This document shows positions 19,381 through 29,398 of a stretch of 64,000 bases of DNA, one piece after another; position 1 is the stretch's first letter, and every line of letters starts with the position of its first letter. Made by a program: the position numbers and the translations under genes. Source of the stretch: Candidatus Hermodarchaeota archaeon. Its GTDB lineage: Archaea > Asgardarchaeota > Thorarchaeia > Thorarchaeales > Thorarchaeaceae. The notes below the pieces were generated by a model, which searched no databases, was not told where the DNA came from, and was given only the letters and a program-made list of their open reading frames with translations. The stretch covers positions 1 through 64,000 of the forward strand of contig JBHLLF010000005.1 in the NCBI GenBank assembly GCA_048885865.1, in the 5' to 3' direction.

Positions 19381-20322
19381 CTAACTGGATTTGTAGAGAT
19401 CCGTACTAAGGTACTTGACACCTGAATCAACCAGCAACGTGACAACTGTGGCACCAGGTCCCAGTCTCTTGGCTATTCTGATTGCTGCCGCTACATTTGC
19501 TCCTGATGAGGTACCTGCACAGAGCCCCTCTTCTCTTGCCAGCCGTCTTGCCATCTCCTTGGCCTCTTTGGTGGGAATGCGAACAATCTCATCGACTAGA
19601 CTACTATCCCATAGGGGTGGAAGAAATCCTATCCCAATGCCCTCTATATCATGTGAACCACTCTCCCCTCCCGACAACACCGGGGACTCGTCCGGTTCAA
19701 CAGCGACAATTCTCACCCGTGAGTTGCGTTCTCTCAACGTTCTGGAGGTACCAATAATAGAACCAGCAGTCCCAGCCACATGCACGAAGGCATCGACTAG
19801 GCCATTCGTCTGTTCCCATATCTCTTCACCCAATTGGAGATAGCCAGACACATTGTCCTTATTGTACAGTTGATTTGTCCAGTAAGTACCTGGTTCATCA
19901 CTCAGCTCTCGGGCGGCCTCTATCATCTTCTCGATTAGTTCTTTCCTGATCCCAAGACCCTCGCTTGGAATAATTGTGACTTCTGCACCAAGAGCCCTCA
20001 TGTGGTCTAGTTTCTCTTGACTAAACGCATCAGAGGAAACAACACGAAAACGATATCCTTTGATAGCACAGATAAATGCCAGCGATGTTCCTGTGCTCCC
20101 TCCAGTATATTCCACCACCGTGCTACCAGGACCTAATCTCCCGTCTTCCTCTGCTTTTTCAATCATGGCTTGAGCCATGCGATCTTTCATACTTCCCGTG
20201 GGATTCTCCCATTCTAGCTTGACTAGCACTCTACCATGGTCTTGAGGAACCACCTTTTTCAACTGCACTAAGGATGTATTCCCAATCGCATCCAAGGCAT
20301 CTTCGGCAATCTTCACGCTCAC
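19381..20322 (-). CDS. cysK: Cysteine synthase (PLP-dependent) family protein
   Basis: KLEWENPTGSMKDR, GTAGS, IEGIG, SSGAN, DSGVKYLST. Confidence 0.88.
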   Translation of the reverse strand: MSVKIAEDALDAIGNTSLVQLKKVVPQDHGRVLVKLEWENPTGSMKDRMAQAMIEKAEEDGRLGPGSTVVEYTGGSTGTSLAFICAIKGYRFRVVSSDAFSQEKLDHMRALGAEVTIIPSEGLGIRKELIEKMIEAARELSDEPGTYWTNQLYNKDNVSGYLQLGEEIWEQTNGLVDAFVHVAGTAGSIIGTSRTLRERNSRVRIVAVEPDESPVLSGGESGSHDIEGIGIGFLPPLWDSSLVDEIVRIPTKEAKEMARRLAREEGLCAGTSSGANVAAAIRIAKRLGPGATVVTLLVDSGVKYLSTDLYKSS

Positions 20323-20415
20323 ACTTCCTGCACCCCAATGAGCTACACGTCTATAACATATTCGCCTCAGAGCAAAGATTGCCTGGATTATAACGACACC
20401 AATTGTGGATGAATG

Positions 20416-20572
20416 AGCGGGTAGATGGCGGGCTTCGGAAATCTTATGTTGGATATCAGCGCATAGTTCTAGTTCAGAGTGTTGTCATATCTATGACACA
20501 GCCTCAAAATTCTCTGTTTGTCTAAGAGAATACAGCGACTTCTTACATTCCAACACCATTGGGAGGAGAATA
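20416..20572 (+). repeat. Conserved upstream element copy 1 (promoter plus structured leader)
   Basis: Homologous to 22512-22681, 24760-24930 and 27019-27190. Confidence 0.9.
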
Positions 20573-22477
20573 ATGGAAAGAAATCAAATGACTGCCATGG
20601 TAATGGTTGTAATCGTGATTATGGGAGTTGGACTAGGCTACGTTCTCATGACTCAGCCAACAAGGCCGCCGATTGACGAGTACATCTATGAAACAATAGG
20701 CAATCCCATCAGTATGGACCCACACGTCAATTACGAGAGTCTTGGTGTCTTCGTACAGGAACAAGTCTATGAAACACTATACTACTACCCATTTAGTGCG
20801 AATAGTACAATGCCCTCCATGCCTCTATTGGCATCTGCGGCTCCAGTCATTTCGGCAGATGGTCGACAATACAACATCTCCCTTCGTCAGAACGTCATCT
20901 TCCATGATGGTACACCATTCAATGCCAGTGTGGTCAGATGGAATGTCGAGAGGGCAGTAAAGACTTTCCGTCTCGCGGGTCAAGTCTGGATGATCATTAA
21001 GCCACTCAGAGGCGGCTTGGCAGTGGAGGAAGCTGCCTATGGTGAAGGGACTGATTCACAGGCGTTTACTGATGCATTTGACGACTGGGTCGCCAACTCC
21101 GGCGCAATCGTCGTTCTAGACACCTACACCATCCAGTTTAACCTTGAGGAAGCATTCGCTCCATTCATTGCAGCGATGACCTTCAGAGTAGGAGCTATGA
21201 TGAGTCCTACCTATGTCCTGTCCAACCCGTGTAACGACTCAGTTCCCGTTGGTGGCGACTGGAGAGAACACTATGGCAATGATTATGGCGAGTGGGAATC
21301 CACCTGGATGGAGAACCACACCTGTGGTACAGGTCCATATATGCTAGAAGAGTGGAAACCAAACGAGTATATCCACCTACGCCTGTTTGAGGACTACTGG
21401 AGAGCTGATGCCACGGAAGCAGCTATAAGACCACCAGCCTATGCGGGTTCAGTCAAGCACATCTGGTGCAGGAACAACGAAAACTGGACACTCAGGAAAG
21501 AGAATCTCGTGACTGGTGTTGTTGACGATACGTATTGGCCGACTACGTACTGGGAAGAGATCTATGACAAAGACACGCAGGGCAGCAAGGATCCAAACAT
21601 CTTTGTCAGAACCGGCGGTGTTTCATTCACAGTGATGGCACTCTCGTTCCAGATGGGAATAATGAACTGGTCTCTTACCAATGGGTCCAGCGTCGAGACT
21701 TACGCTCCGAGTCACTGGAGAGAGTTTCGGAACATGATGGCATATCTCCTAGACTATGATGCCTGCATCCAAGCGGTCTACGAAGGTTGGACTGTCAAGG
21801 CACAGGGCCCAATTCCGATTGAAATGCACTACCATAACGCAAGCTATTGGACCGAACATTATGACCTACAGATTGCAGTCGAGTACTGGAACGAGGCCAT
21901 GCAGGACCCAGGCTTTGTGGGCGTCATGAACACAATCGAGGGTGACATCAAGCTCTACTACAACGAAGGCAGCGCCACACGAGAGCCGGTCTTTCTGCTT
22001 GTGAAGGAGTGCTTCGAAGACATGAAACAGCTGCCTCAAATGAACACAACAGGACTGGACTACGAACCAAAGTTCACGCCCATCGGACTCCCCTGGTCCC
22101 CCAGTCTCATGACAGGGAGCGACCCTGAGCTGTCGATGTGGGTCACAGGCTGGATACCGGACTACTCAGACCCTGACAACATTTTGACACCATTCTTGCA
22201 CTCTGAAGGTGTGTTTGCGCAGATGTTTGGCTACAGCAACAGTGTGATGGATGACTTGATTGTGCAAGGCAGGGCCGAGACCGACCCAGTTGCTAGGCAG
22301 CAGATCTACAACCAGATCCAGAAACTGGCCGCCTATGACCGTCCATCGTTGTGGCTGTACTCGCCATCGGAGTTTACAGTATTCAGGGCATGGCTGAAGG
22401 GAACTGGGTTGAGATACCAACCAGCGTCCTCGTATTACTACATCTACCACGTGTACAAGGACTACGAGAACTACTAG
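20573..22477 (+). CDS. ABC transporter family-5 substrate-binding protein, paralogue 1 (N-anchor only)
   Basis: DPH..YETL, LRQNVIFHDGTPFNAS, CGTGPYML, GWIPDYSDPD, R.QIYNQIQ. Confidence 0.9.
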   Translation: MERNQMTAMVMVVIVIMGVGLGYVLMTQPTRPPIDEYIYETIGNPISMDPHVNYESLGVFVQEQVYETLYYYPFSANSTMPSMPLLASAAPVISADGRQYNISLRQNVIFHDGTPFNASVVRWNVERAVKTFRLAGQVWMIIKPLRGGLAVEEAAYGEGTDSQAFTDAFDDWVANSGAIVVLDTYTIQFNLEEAFAPFIAAMTFRVGAMMSPTYVLSNPCNDSVPVGGDWREHYGNDYGEWESTWMENHTCGTGPYMLEEWKPNEYIHLRLFEDYWRADATEAAIRPPAYAGSVKHIWCRNNENWTLRKENLVTGVVDDTYWPTTYWEEIYDKDTQGSKDPNIFVRTGGVSFTVMALSFQMGIMNWSLTNGSSVETYAPSHWREFRNMMAYLLDYDACIQAVYEGWTVKAQGPIPIEMHYHNASYWTEHYDLQIAVEYWNEAMQDPGFVGVMNTIEGDIKLYYNEGSATREPVFLLVKECFEDMKQLPQMNTTGLDYEPKFTPIGLPWSPSLMTGSDPELSMWVTGWIPDYSDPDNILTPFLHSEGVFAQMFGYSNSVMDDLIVQGRAETDPVARQQIYNQIQKLAAYDRPSLWLYSPSEFTVFRAWLKGTGLRYQPASSYYYIYHVYKDYENY

Positions 22478-22511
22478 TGCCTCCTGGAGTTCTGCAGTAT
22501 ACCATATATGC

Positions 22512-22681
22512 AGAAGAAGTGGTGGCGGATAGATGGCGGGCTTCGGAAATCTTATGTTGGAACCCAGCGCATAGTTCTAGTTCATAGTGTTGTCATATCT
22601 ATGATGCAGCCTCAAAGTTCTCTGTTTGTCTGAGAGAATGCAGCGACTTCTTTCATTCTAGCACTAGTAGGAGGAGAGTGA
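22512..22681 (+). repeat. Conserved upstream element copy 2
   Basis: See copy 1. Confidence 0.9.
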
Positions 22682-24724
22682 TTGCGAAGAGAGCAATTGA
22701 CCGCCATCATATTGATTGCAGTCATGGCTGTGGGAGCTGGCGCCGTCATTGCCTTTGCCACTCAGTCTACTAGACCACCAGTTGATTCGTTTGTGTATGA
22801 ATATCCTCCTGGTCCTTACCTTTTGGACCCGCATATCTATTGGGGGAGTGAACAAATCGAACAGGTCTATGAAACGCTGTATACGTACCCATGGGGAAGC
22901 GGGGAACGTGGAGGTCATCCTGAGAGCACTCCAACCATACCCCTCTTGGCTGCAGGTGCTCCAGTCATCACAGAGAATGGAACCGTGTACACCATACCAC
23001 TTAGGCAAGGCATAACCTTCCATGATGGAACTCCTTTCAATGCCAGTGCAGCTGTCTGGAACTTCAAGAGAGCCATGAAGATGTTCGCCTACGGTTCCGT
23101 AGGAGCAATTGCCGATGCTATCAAGGGCGGCATGCAAGTGAGGGATGCCGCCTCGACATACGGCACGGCCTCAGATGAGTTCAAGGCCGCATTCGATGTC
23201 TGGGAGGTCACGGACGCAGTAGAGGCTACCAACACTTACGAGGTCACCTACAGACTGGAACAACCAGCTGCCCACTTCATACCAGCGATGACCAACGGGT
23301 TGGGTCGCATGATGAGTCCTACATTCGCCGAGAAGCATGCATCCACTCCTGGAGCCTCATTCGGAGTTGACTACGGCGAGGAACTCACCTACATGTACAA
23401 CCACACCTGTGGGACCGGCCCCTACCAGGTCGTTGAGATGAAGCAGCATGAGTACGTCCACATGACCCTTAATGAGGACTACTGGAGAGCTGACGCGACT
23501 GAGGCCGCAATCGCGCCTCCGTCTTACGCTGGCTCCATAAAGGAAATCTGGAGCAAGGTCAACGCCGACTTGATAAACAAGAAAGAGAACCTTCTGAATG
23601 GATTCGTTGATGCCTTCTTCTGGCCGCCAGGATGGCATACGGACGAGATCTACGACAGCGTCACATTGGGTAGCAAGGACCCTAACATATTCTTCAGGAC
23701 CGGTGGTGTGCGGTATCACGTGGTAGGAATATCATTCGAGATGGGATTGGTGAACTGGACTGGATCACCGGACTTCGAGGCCTACTCCCCATTCCACTGG
23801 AGAGCACTCAGGAACATGCTGGCATGGTTTCTCGACTACGATGCCATTATCCAAGCGCGTTACGGTGACTTGGCGGTCCGAGCAGAAGGTCCAATCCCGG
23901 TTGGTACGCCCTACCAGAACAGTAGCTATTGGACTAAACAGTCCGATCCAGAAACTGCAGTTGAGTATTGGAACGAGGCTATGCAAGACCCTGATTTCAT
24001 AGACACAATGAATACAATTGGGTGCGAGATCCCGTTCGCCCTAAGTCATTGGAACGATACAACAACACATCTGGTTTCTCTACAGCTGAAGGAAGGGTTC
24101 GATGCCATGAAACAGATGCCCCAAATGAACATGACAGGATTGAACCATGAACCCGAGATTAGCCTGTATCCTCCATCCCATCCGTGGTTCCCGTCTTCTT
24201 TCCCGATAGATAGAGAGCTGATACATACATGGAGCAGTAGAGCTCACTACGCCGATACTGACGCCTTTGTATTTCCATGTCTACACTCTTCTGTGGCTCG
24301 ATGGTACGGCTACAACAACAGCGTGATGGACGACCTGATCATGCAAGGCAGGGCCGAGACCGACCCAGTTGCAAGACAGCAGATCTACAACCAGATCCAG
24401 GAACTGGCCGCCAACGACCGGCCATTCCTGTGGCTGTGCTGGCCTAGAGAGTTCACCACGTTCAGAGCTTGGCTGAAGGGTATTGGCTTGAGATTCCAGC
24501 CATGGACGTGGCATTACATCTACCATGTGTACAAGGAATATACGACGACCACAACATATACGACGACAACGGGCGCGACAACTTTCACATCGCCAGAGCT
24601 TTCCGACATTGGCTCACTAGTGCCTATCTACTTTCTAGCAGGACTCGGATGGGCAGTGGTTGTTGTTCTTCTCATTGCATTTCATAGATGGAAACCTAGA
24701 GCACAAAGTACAGTAAACTATTAG
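22682..24724 (+). CDS. Family-5 substrate-binding protein, paralogue 2 (Thr linker plus C-terminal TM)
   Basis: Same SBP motifs; TTTT linker and hydrophobic C-terminal helix; TTG start after AGGAGG. Confidence 0.9.
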   Translation: MRREQLTAIILIAVMAVGAGAVIAFATQSTRPPVDSFVYEYPPGPYLLDPHIYWGSEQIEQVYETLYTYPWGSGERGGHPESTPTIPLLAAGAPVITENGTVYTIPLRQGITFHDGTPFNASAAVWNFKRAMKMFAYGSVGAIADAIKGGMQVRDAASTYGTASDEFKAAFDVWEVTDAVEATNTYEVTYRLEQPAAHFIPAMTNGLGRMMSPTFAEKHASTPGASFGVDYGEELTYMYNHTCGTGPYQVVEMKQHEYVHMTLNEDYWRADATEAAIAPPSYAGSIKEIWSKVNADLINKKENLLNGFVDAFFWPPGWHTDEIYDSVTLGSKDPNIFFRTGGVRYHVVGISFEMGLVNWTGSPDFEAYSPFHWRALRNMLAWFLDYDAIIQARYGDLAVRAEGPIPVGTPYQNSSYWTKQSDPETAVEYWNEAMQDPDFIDTMNTIGCEIPFALSHWNDTTTHLVSLQLKEGFDAMKQMPQMNMTGLNHEPEISLYPPSHPWFPSSFPIDRELIHTWSSRAHYADTDAFVFPCLHSSVARWYGYNNSVMDDLIMQGRAETDPVARQQIYNQIQELAANDRPFLWLCWPREFTTFRAWLKGIGLRFQPWTWHYIYHVYKEYTTTTTYTTTTGATTFTSPELSDIGSLVPIYFLAGLGWAVVVVLLIAFHRWKPRAQSTVNY

Positions 24725-24759
24725 GCAGCCATCCAGTGTAGAAGGACTATGGATTCTAG

Positions 24760-24930
24760 AAAGAAGTAGTTGCAGATAGACGGCGGGCTTCGCAAATCTT
24801 ATGTCGAAACCCAGCACATAGTTCTAGATCACAGTGTTGTCATATCCATGACACAGCCTCAAAGTTCTCTCTTTTTGTCTGAGAGAATGCAGCGACCTCT
24901 CACGTTCCAACACTAGTAGGAGGAGAACAC
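24760..24930 (+). repeat. Conserved upstream element copy 3
   Basis: See copy 1. Confidence 0.9.
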
Positions 24931-26964
24931 TTGGGAAGAGACCAGCTGACCGCAATCGTATTGATCGTAGTTATGATTGTGGGAGCTGGTAGTGTCCTTG
25001 TCTTAGCCACTCAGCCTACTAGACCACCAATTGACTCGTATGTATATGAGATGGAACCATATAATGGGTACTTTATCGTGTCTATCGATCCTCACTATCA
25101 TTATGGCGACGATGGAAGTATTGCAGTGATTGAACAGGTCTACGAAACCTTGTATACCTATCCATGGGGAAGCGGCGAACGTGGGGGCCATCCTGAAAGC
25201 ACTCCAACCATACCACTCTTGGCTGCGGGTCCGCCGACGATATCTGAGAATGGTACTGTCTACACTATAGAACTGAGGCAAGGCGTCACCTTCCATGATG
25301 GGACTCCATTTAATGCCAGCGCAGCAGTGTGGAACTTCAAGAGAGCCATGAAGATGGGTCTGCGTTATGCCGAACTGATCAAGGGTGGGACGGAAATGAA
25401 GGATGTTGCCCGGGCATATGGCTCGACTTCAGATGAGTTCAAGGATGTGTTTGAAGCCTGGGAAGCCACAGACGCAGTAGAGGCTAGCGGTACATATGAA
25501 ATCACCTACAGACTGGAAGAAGCGGTCGCATTCTTCATTCCAGTAATGACCGATCCAACTTTCTGCATGATGAGCCCTACCTTCGCCGAGAAACATGCAG
25601 TGAATCATAGCGATTCATTCGGAGTAGAATACGGCGAGATATTCACCTACATGTGCAACCACACTTGTGGGACTGGCCCCTACAAGGTGGTTGAGTTGAA
25701 GAGAAGTGAGCACGTCCGCATGACACTCAACCAGAACTACTGGAGAGCTGAAGCGACTGAGGCTACGATTGCACCTCCACTCTATGCTGGCTCGATAAGG
25801 GAGATTTGGTTCAAGGCTAACGAAGACCAGACAAGCATGAACCTGAACCTCAAGAATGGAGTCGCTGACGACACTTACTGGCCGTCATCGTATGCGGACG
25901 AGATCTATGACAGCGTTACACTTGGTAGCAAAGACCCTAACATCTTCTTCAGAACCGGTGGTGTGTCCTCTTACATGAGTGGATTCCGGTTCCAGATGGG
26001 AATAATGAACTGGACTATCGGGTCGGACACCTTTGAGATTTACTCCCCATTCCACTGGAGAGGGCTCAGGAAGGCCATGGCGTATCTCCTCGACTACGAT
26101 GCCTATATCCAATCGGTAACCAGTGGCTGGAACGTCAAGGCACAAGGACCGATTCCGGCTTGGATGCCTTACCATAACTCGAGTCATTGGACTGAGCATT
26201 ATGAACCAGAGATTGCAGTCGGGTATTGGAATGACGCCATGCAAGATCCCGATTTCGTGGCTGTCATGAACGCAATCAGGGGCAAGATCATACTCCCCTA
26301 CCATGTCTTCCAAAACCCCCTAGAACTGATCTCGTTGCTGCTGAAGGACGGTTTCGATGCCATGAAACTACTGCCTGAGATGAACACCACGGGATTGGAC
26401 TACGAGCCAATGATCACGCCTGCGCCCTCCTATATCGGCCTTCCTCGTGAAGAGCCGCTGCTACTGTCAAATCAATGGATTGCTAGGTACGCTGACCCTC
26501 ACGACCTCGTATTCTTCTACCTACACTCCAGAGGTTATTCTTCACAGTTGCAGGGTTACAACAACAGCGTGATGGACAACCTAATCATGCAAGGCAGGGC
26601 CGAAACTGACCCAGTCGTCAGACAGGACATCTATAACCAGATTCAGGAACTAGCTGCCTACGACCAACCATTCTTGGGGCTGTACTCGCCCAAGGAGTTC
26701 ACCACGTTCAGAGCTTGGCTGAAGGGCATTGGTCTGAGATACCAGCCATTATGCTCGTATTATTACATCTACCACGTGTACAAGGATTATACGACAACGG
26801 ACACGACGACCACACCCGGAGATCAGATTACAACTGGCACTCCACTCCCCACATCGCCAGAGCTTCCCGACATCGGCTCACTAGTGCCTATCTACTTTCT
26901 AGCAGGACTCGGATGGGCAGTGGTTGTTGTTCTTCTCATTGCATTTCATAGATGGGAATCTTGA
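24931..26964 (+). CDS. Family-5 substrate-binding protein, paralogue 3
   Basis: Same SBP motifs; C-terminal anchor nearly identical to paralogue 2. Confidence 0.9.
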   Translation: MGRDQLTAIVLIVVMIVGAGSVLVLATQPTRPPIDSYVYEMEPYNGYFIVSIDPHYHYGDDGSIAVIEQVYETLYTYPWGSGERGGHPESTPTIPLLAAGPPTISENGTVYTIELRQGVTFHDGTPFNASAAVWNFKRAMKMGLRYAELIKGGTEMKDVARAYGSTSDEFKDVFEAWEATDAVEASGTYEITYRLEEAVAFFIPVMTDPTFCMMSPTFAEKHAVNHSDSFGVEYGEIFTYMCNHTCGTGPYKVVELKRSEHVRMTLNQNYWRAEATEATIAPPLYAGSIREIWFKANEDQTSMNLNLKNGVADDTYWPSSYADEIYDSVTLGSKDPNIFFRTGGVSSYMSGFRFQMGIMNWTIGSDTFEIYSPFHWRGLRKAMAYLLDYDAYIQSVTSGWNVKAQGPIPAWMPYHNSSHWTEHYEPEIAVGYWNDAMQDPDFVAVMNAIRGKIILPYHVFQNPLELISLLLKDGFDAMKLLPEMNTTGLDYEPMITPAPSYIGLPREEPLLLSNQWIARYADPHDLVFFYLHSRGYSSQLQGYNNSVMDNLIMQGRAETDPVVRQDIYNQIQELAAYDQPFLGLYSPKEFTTFRAWLKGIGLRYQPLCSYYYIYHVYKDYTTTDTTTTPGDQITTGTPLPTSPELPDIGSLVPIYFLAGLGWAVVVVLLIAFHRWES

Positions 26965-27018
26965 GCACAAAGTGCGGGGTTCATTGCGAGAGCAATCTGA
27001 AATGCTGGAGAGGGTTTG

Positions 27019-27190
27019 AGAAGAAGTGGTAGCGGGTAGATGGCGGGCTTCGGAAATCTTATGTTGGAAATCAGGGCATAGTTCTAGTTCAGAGTGTTGT
27101 CATATCTATGACACAGCTTCAATGCTCTCTCTGTTCGTCTGAGAGGGTGCAGCGACTTCTTACATTCCAACACTAGTAGGAGGAGAACAC
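27019..27190 (+). repeat. Conserved upstream element copy 4
   Basis: See copy 1. Confidence 0.9.
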
Positions 27191-29284
27191 TTGAGAAGAG
27201 ACCAGCTGACCGCCATCATATTGATCGGAGTCATGATTGTGGGAGCTGGCGGTGTCCTTGTCTTCGCCACTCAGCCCACTAGACCACCAGTTGATGCATA
27301 CGTGTATGATATAGGAGAAGGTCCCAACACCTTGGACCCGTACACTACTTTTTGGGGTAGCATGATCGAACAGGTCTATGAAACGCTGTATACGTACCCA
27401 TGGGGAAGCGGGGAACATGGAGACCATCCCGAAATCACTCCAAGCATACCCCTCTTGGCTGCAGGCGCTCCAGTCATAACAGAGAACGGCACCGTGTACA
27501 CCATACCCCTCAGGCAAGGCATCAATTTCCATGATGGTACTCCGTTCAATGCCAGTGCAGCTGTCTGGAATTTAAAGAGAGCCATGAAGATGTTCCACAT
27601 TTCGAGTCTCATTGTCGATGTTATCAAGGGTGGTATGCAAGTGAAGGATGCTGCCTCGACATACGGCACGACCTCAGATGAGTTCAAGGCCGCATTCGAT
27701 GCCTGGGATGCCACAGACGCAGTAGAGGCTACTGACACCTACGAGGTCACCTACAGACTGGAACAACCGGCAGCTCACTTCATTCCAGCGATGACCAACA
27801 CGTTCGGTTGCATGATAAGTCCCACATTCGCCGAGAAGCATGCAACGAGTCCCGGAGTCTCATTCGGAGTCGACTACGGCGAGGAAATCACCTACATGTA
27901 TAACCACACTTGCGGAACCGGCCCCTACCAAGTTGTCGAGTGGAAGACAGGCGAGTATGTCCACATGACCCTGAATGAGGACTACTGGAGAGCCGACGCG
28001 ACTGAGGCCGCAATCGCACCGCCATCCTACGCCGGCTCGATAAAGGATATCTGGTGCAGGATAGACGAAGACTGGACAATCACGAGCCTGTGCAATGACT
28101 TTCGGAATGGAGTCGTTGATGCCCTCAACTGGCCATGGTCGCAGAAGGATGAGATCTACGACAGCGTCACAATGAGTAGCAAGGACCCGAACATCTTCAT
28201 CAGGACCGATGGTGTGGACTCTTTCATCGAGGGAATAAGGTTCGAGATGGGATTGTTGAACTGGACCGGCCACTCGGAGGACTACGAGGCTTACTCCCCA
28301 TTCCACTGGAGAGCACTCAGGAACATGGTGGCGTATCTTCTCGACTACGATGCCATTGTCCAAGGGGCATACGGTTTCTGGGCGTTACGAGCAGAAGGGC
28401 CAATTCCGATTGGAATGTGCTACCATAACGCGAGCTATTGGACTGAACACTATGATCCAGAGATTGCAGTCGAATACTGGAACGAGGCCATGCAGGATCC
28501 CGAATTTATAGACACTATGAACACGATCGGATGCCAAATCCCGCTCGCCTGCAGCTATTCGAACAGTACGCTAGATCTGGTCTATCTACAGTTGAGGGAC
28601 GGCTTCGAGGCCATGAAACAACTGCCCCAAATGAACACCACAGGCTTGGATTGCGAACCAAAGATCCGCTTCTGGACCCCATGGCTCTATATCTATAGGT
28701 ACTACGATGTTCCGATAGGAAACAGAGGGCTGATAGGGCATTCCTGGTGTGTATCGAGCTATGCCGACCCTGACGGCTTTCTATTATCGTGCCTATACTC
28801 CAGATGCATTCAGGCTCAGCAGGTCGGTTACAACAACAGCGTGATGGACGACCTGATCATGCAAGGCAGGGCTGAAACTGACCCTGTTGCGAGACAAGAC
28901 ATCTACAATCAGATCCAGGAACTGGCTGCCTACGATAGTCCATACCTGTGGCTGTACTCGTTCAAGGAGTTCAGCACATTCGGAGCGTGGCTGAAGGGCA
29001 TAGGCATGAGATACCAGCCTATGTCACGTTACTATTACATCTACCACGTGTACAAGGATTATACCGGGTGTTGGTGGGATTATACGACGACAACGGACAC
29101 GACAACAACGGACACAACAACCACAACGGGCCCAACAGGTGATCAGGAGCCACAGCCCCTGGGGCTGTATCCACTTGTTCTAGGAGGTTCAGGTGTCGTT
29201 ATAGCAGTGGCTGCGGTCTACATTATCTATCGTAAAAGATCGGATATTGCAGCTGCTACCGAAGCAGTCCTCTGGGGAACTTAA
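27191..29284 (+). CDS. Family-5 substrate-binding protein, paralogue 4
   Basis: Same SBP motifs; Thr linker and a different C-terminal TM. Confidence 0.9.
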   Translation: MRRDQLTAIILIGVMIVGAGGVLVFATQPTRPPVDAYVYDIGEGPNTLDPYTTFWGSMIEQVYETLYTYPWGSGEHGDHPEITPSIPLLAAGAPVITENGTVYTIPLRQGINFHDGTPFNASAAVWNLKRAMKMFHISSLIVDVIKGGMQVKDAASTYGTTSDEFKAAFDAWDATDAVEATDTYEVTYRLEQPAAHFIPAMTNTFGCMISPTFAEKHATSPGVSFGVDYGEEITYMYNHTCGTGPYQVVEWKTGEYVHMTLNEDYWRADATEAAIAPPSYAGSIKDIWCRIDEDWTITSLCNDFRNGVVDALNWPWSQKDEIYDSVTMSSKDPNIFIRTDGVDSFIEGIRFEMGLLNWTGHSEDYEAYSPFHWRALRNMVAYLLDYDAIVQGAYGFWALRAEGPIPIGMCYHNASYWTEHYDPEIAVEYWNEAMQDPEFIDTMNTIGCQIPLACSYSNSTLDLVYLQLRDGFEAMKQLPQMNTTGLDCEPKIRFWTPWLYIYRYYDVPIGNRGLIGHSWCVSSYADPDGFLLSCLYSRCIQAQQVGYNNSVMDDLIMQGRAETDPVARQDIYNQIQELAAYDSPYLWLYSFKEFSTFGAWLKGIGMRYQPMSRYYYIYHVYKDYTGCWWDYTTTTDTTTTDTTTTTGPTGDQEPQPLGLYPLVLGGSGVVIAVAAVYIIYRKRSDIAAATEAVLWGT

Positions 29285-29398
29285 TGATCTGCCACAGCAT
29301 CAGCATAAGTATCCGTTGTATCGACCCGTTCAAAACAATCACTTCTTGGTCATCCTATGAAAACCCTTAATACCCTCATCGCGGCAAATGCAGCTTGC

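Noticed and set aside
20461-20560. Leader as a preQ1 (GTTCTAG) or TPP (CTGAGA) riboswitch
   Set aside because: Only isolated short motifs match; the required stems, A-rich tail and CCTGA/GCGTAGG elements are absent
20416-27190. Repeat as integron attC sites or a CRISPR array
   Set aside because: Arms run GTT..AAC rather than RYYYAAC..GTTRRRY, the intervening genes are paralogues, and there is no IntI. Units are ~170 bp separated by 2-kb genes, unlike CRISPR.
20573-29284. Diversity-generating retroelement acting on the SBPs
   Set aside because: No reverse transcriptase, no template/variable pair differing only at adenines, and the variation includes indels
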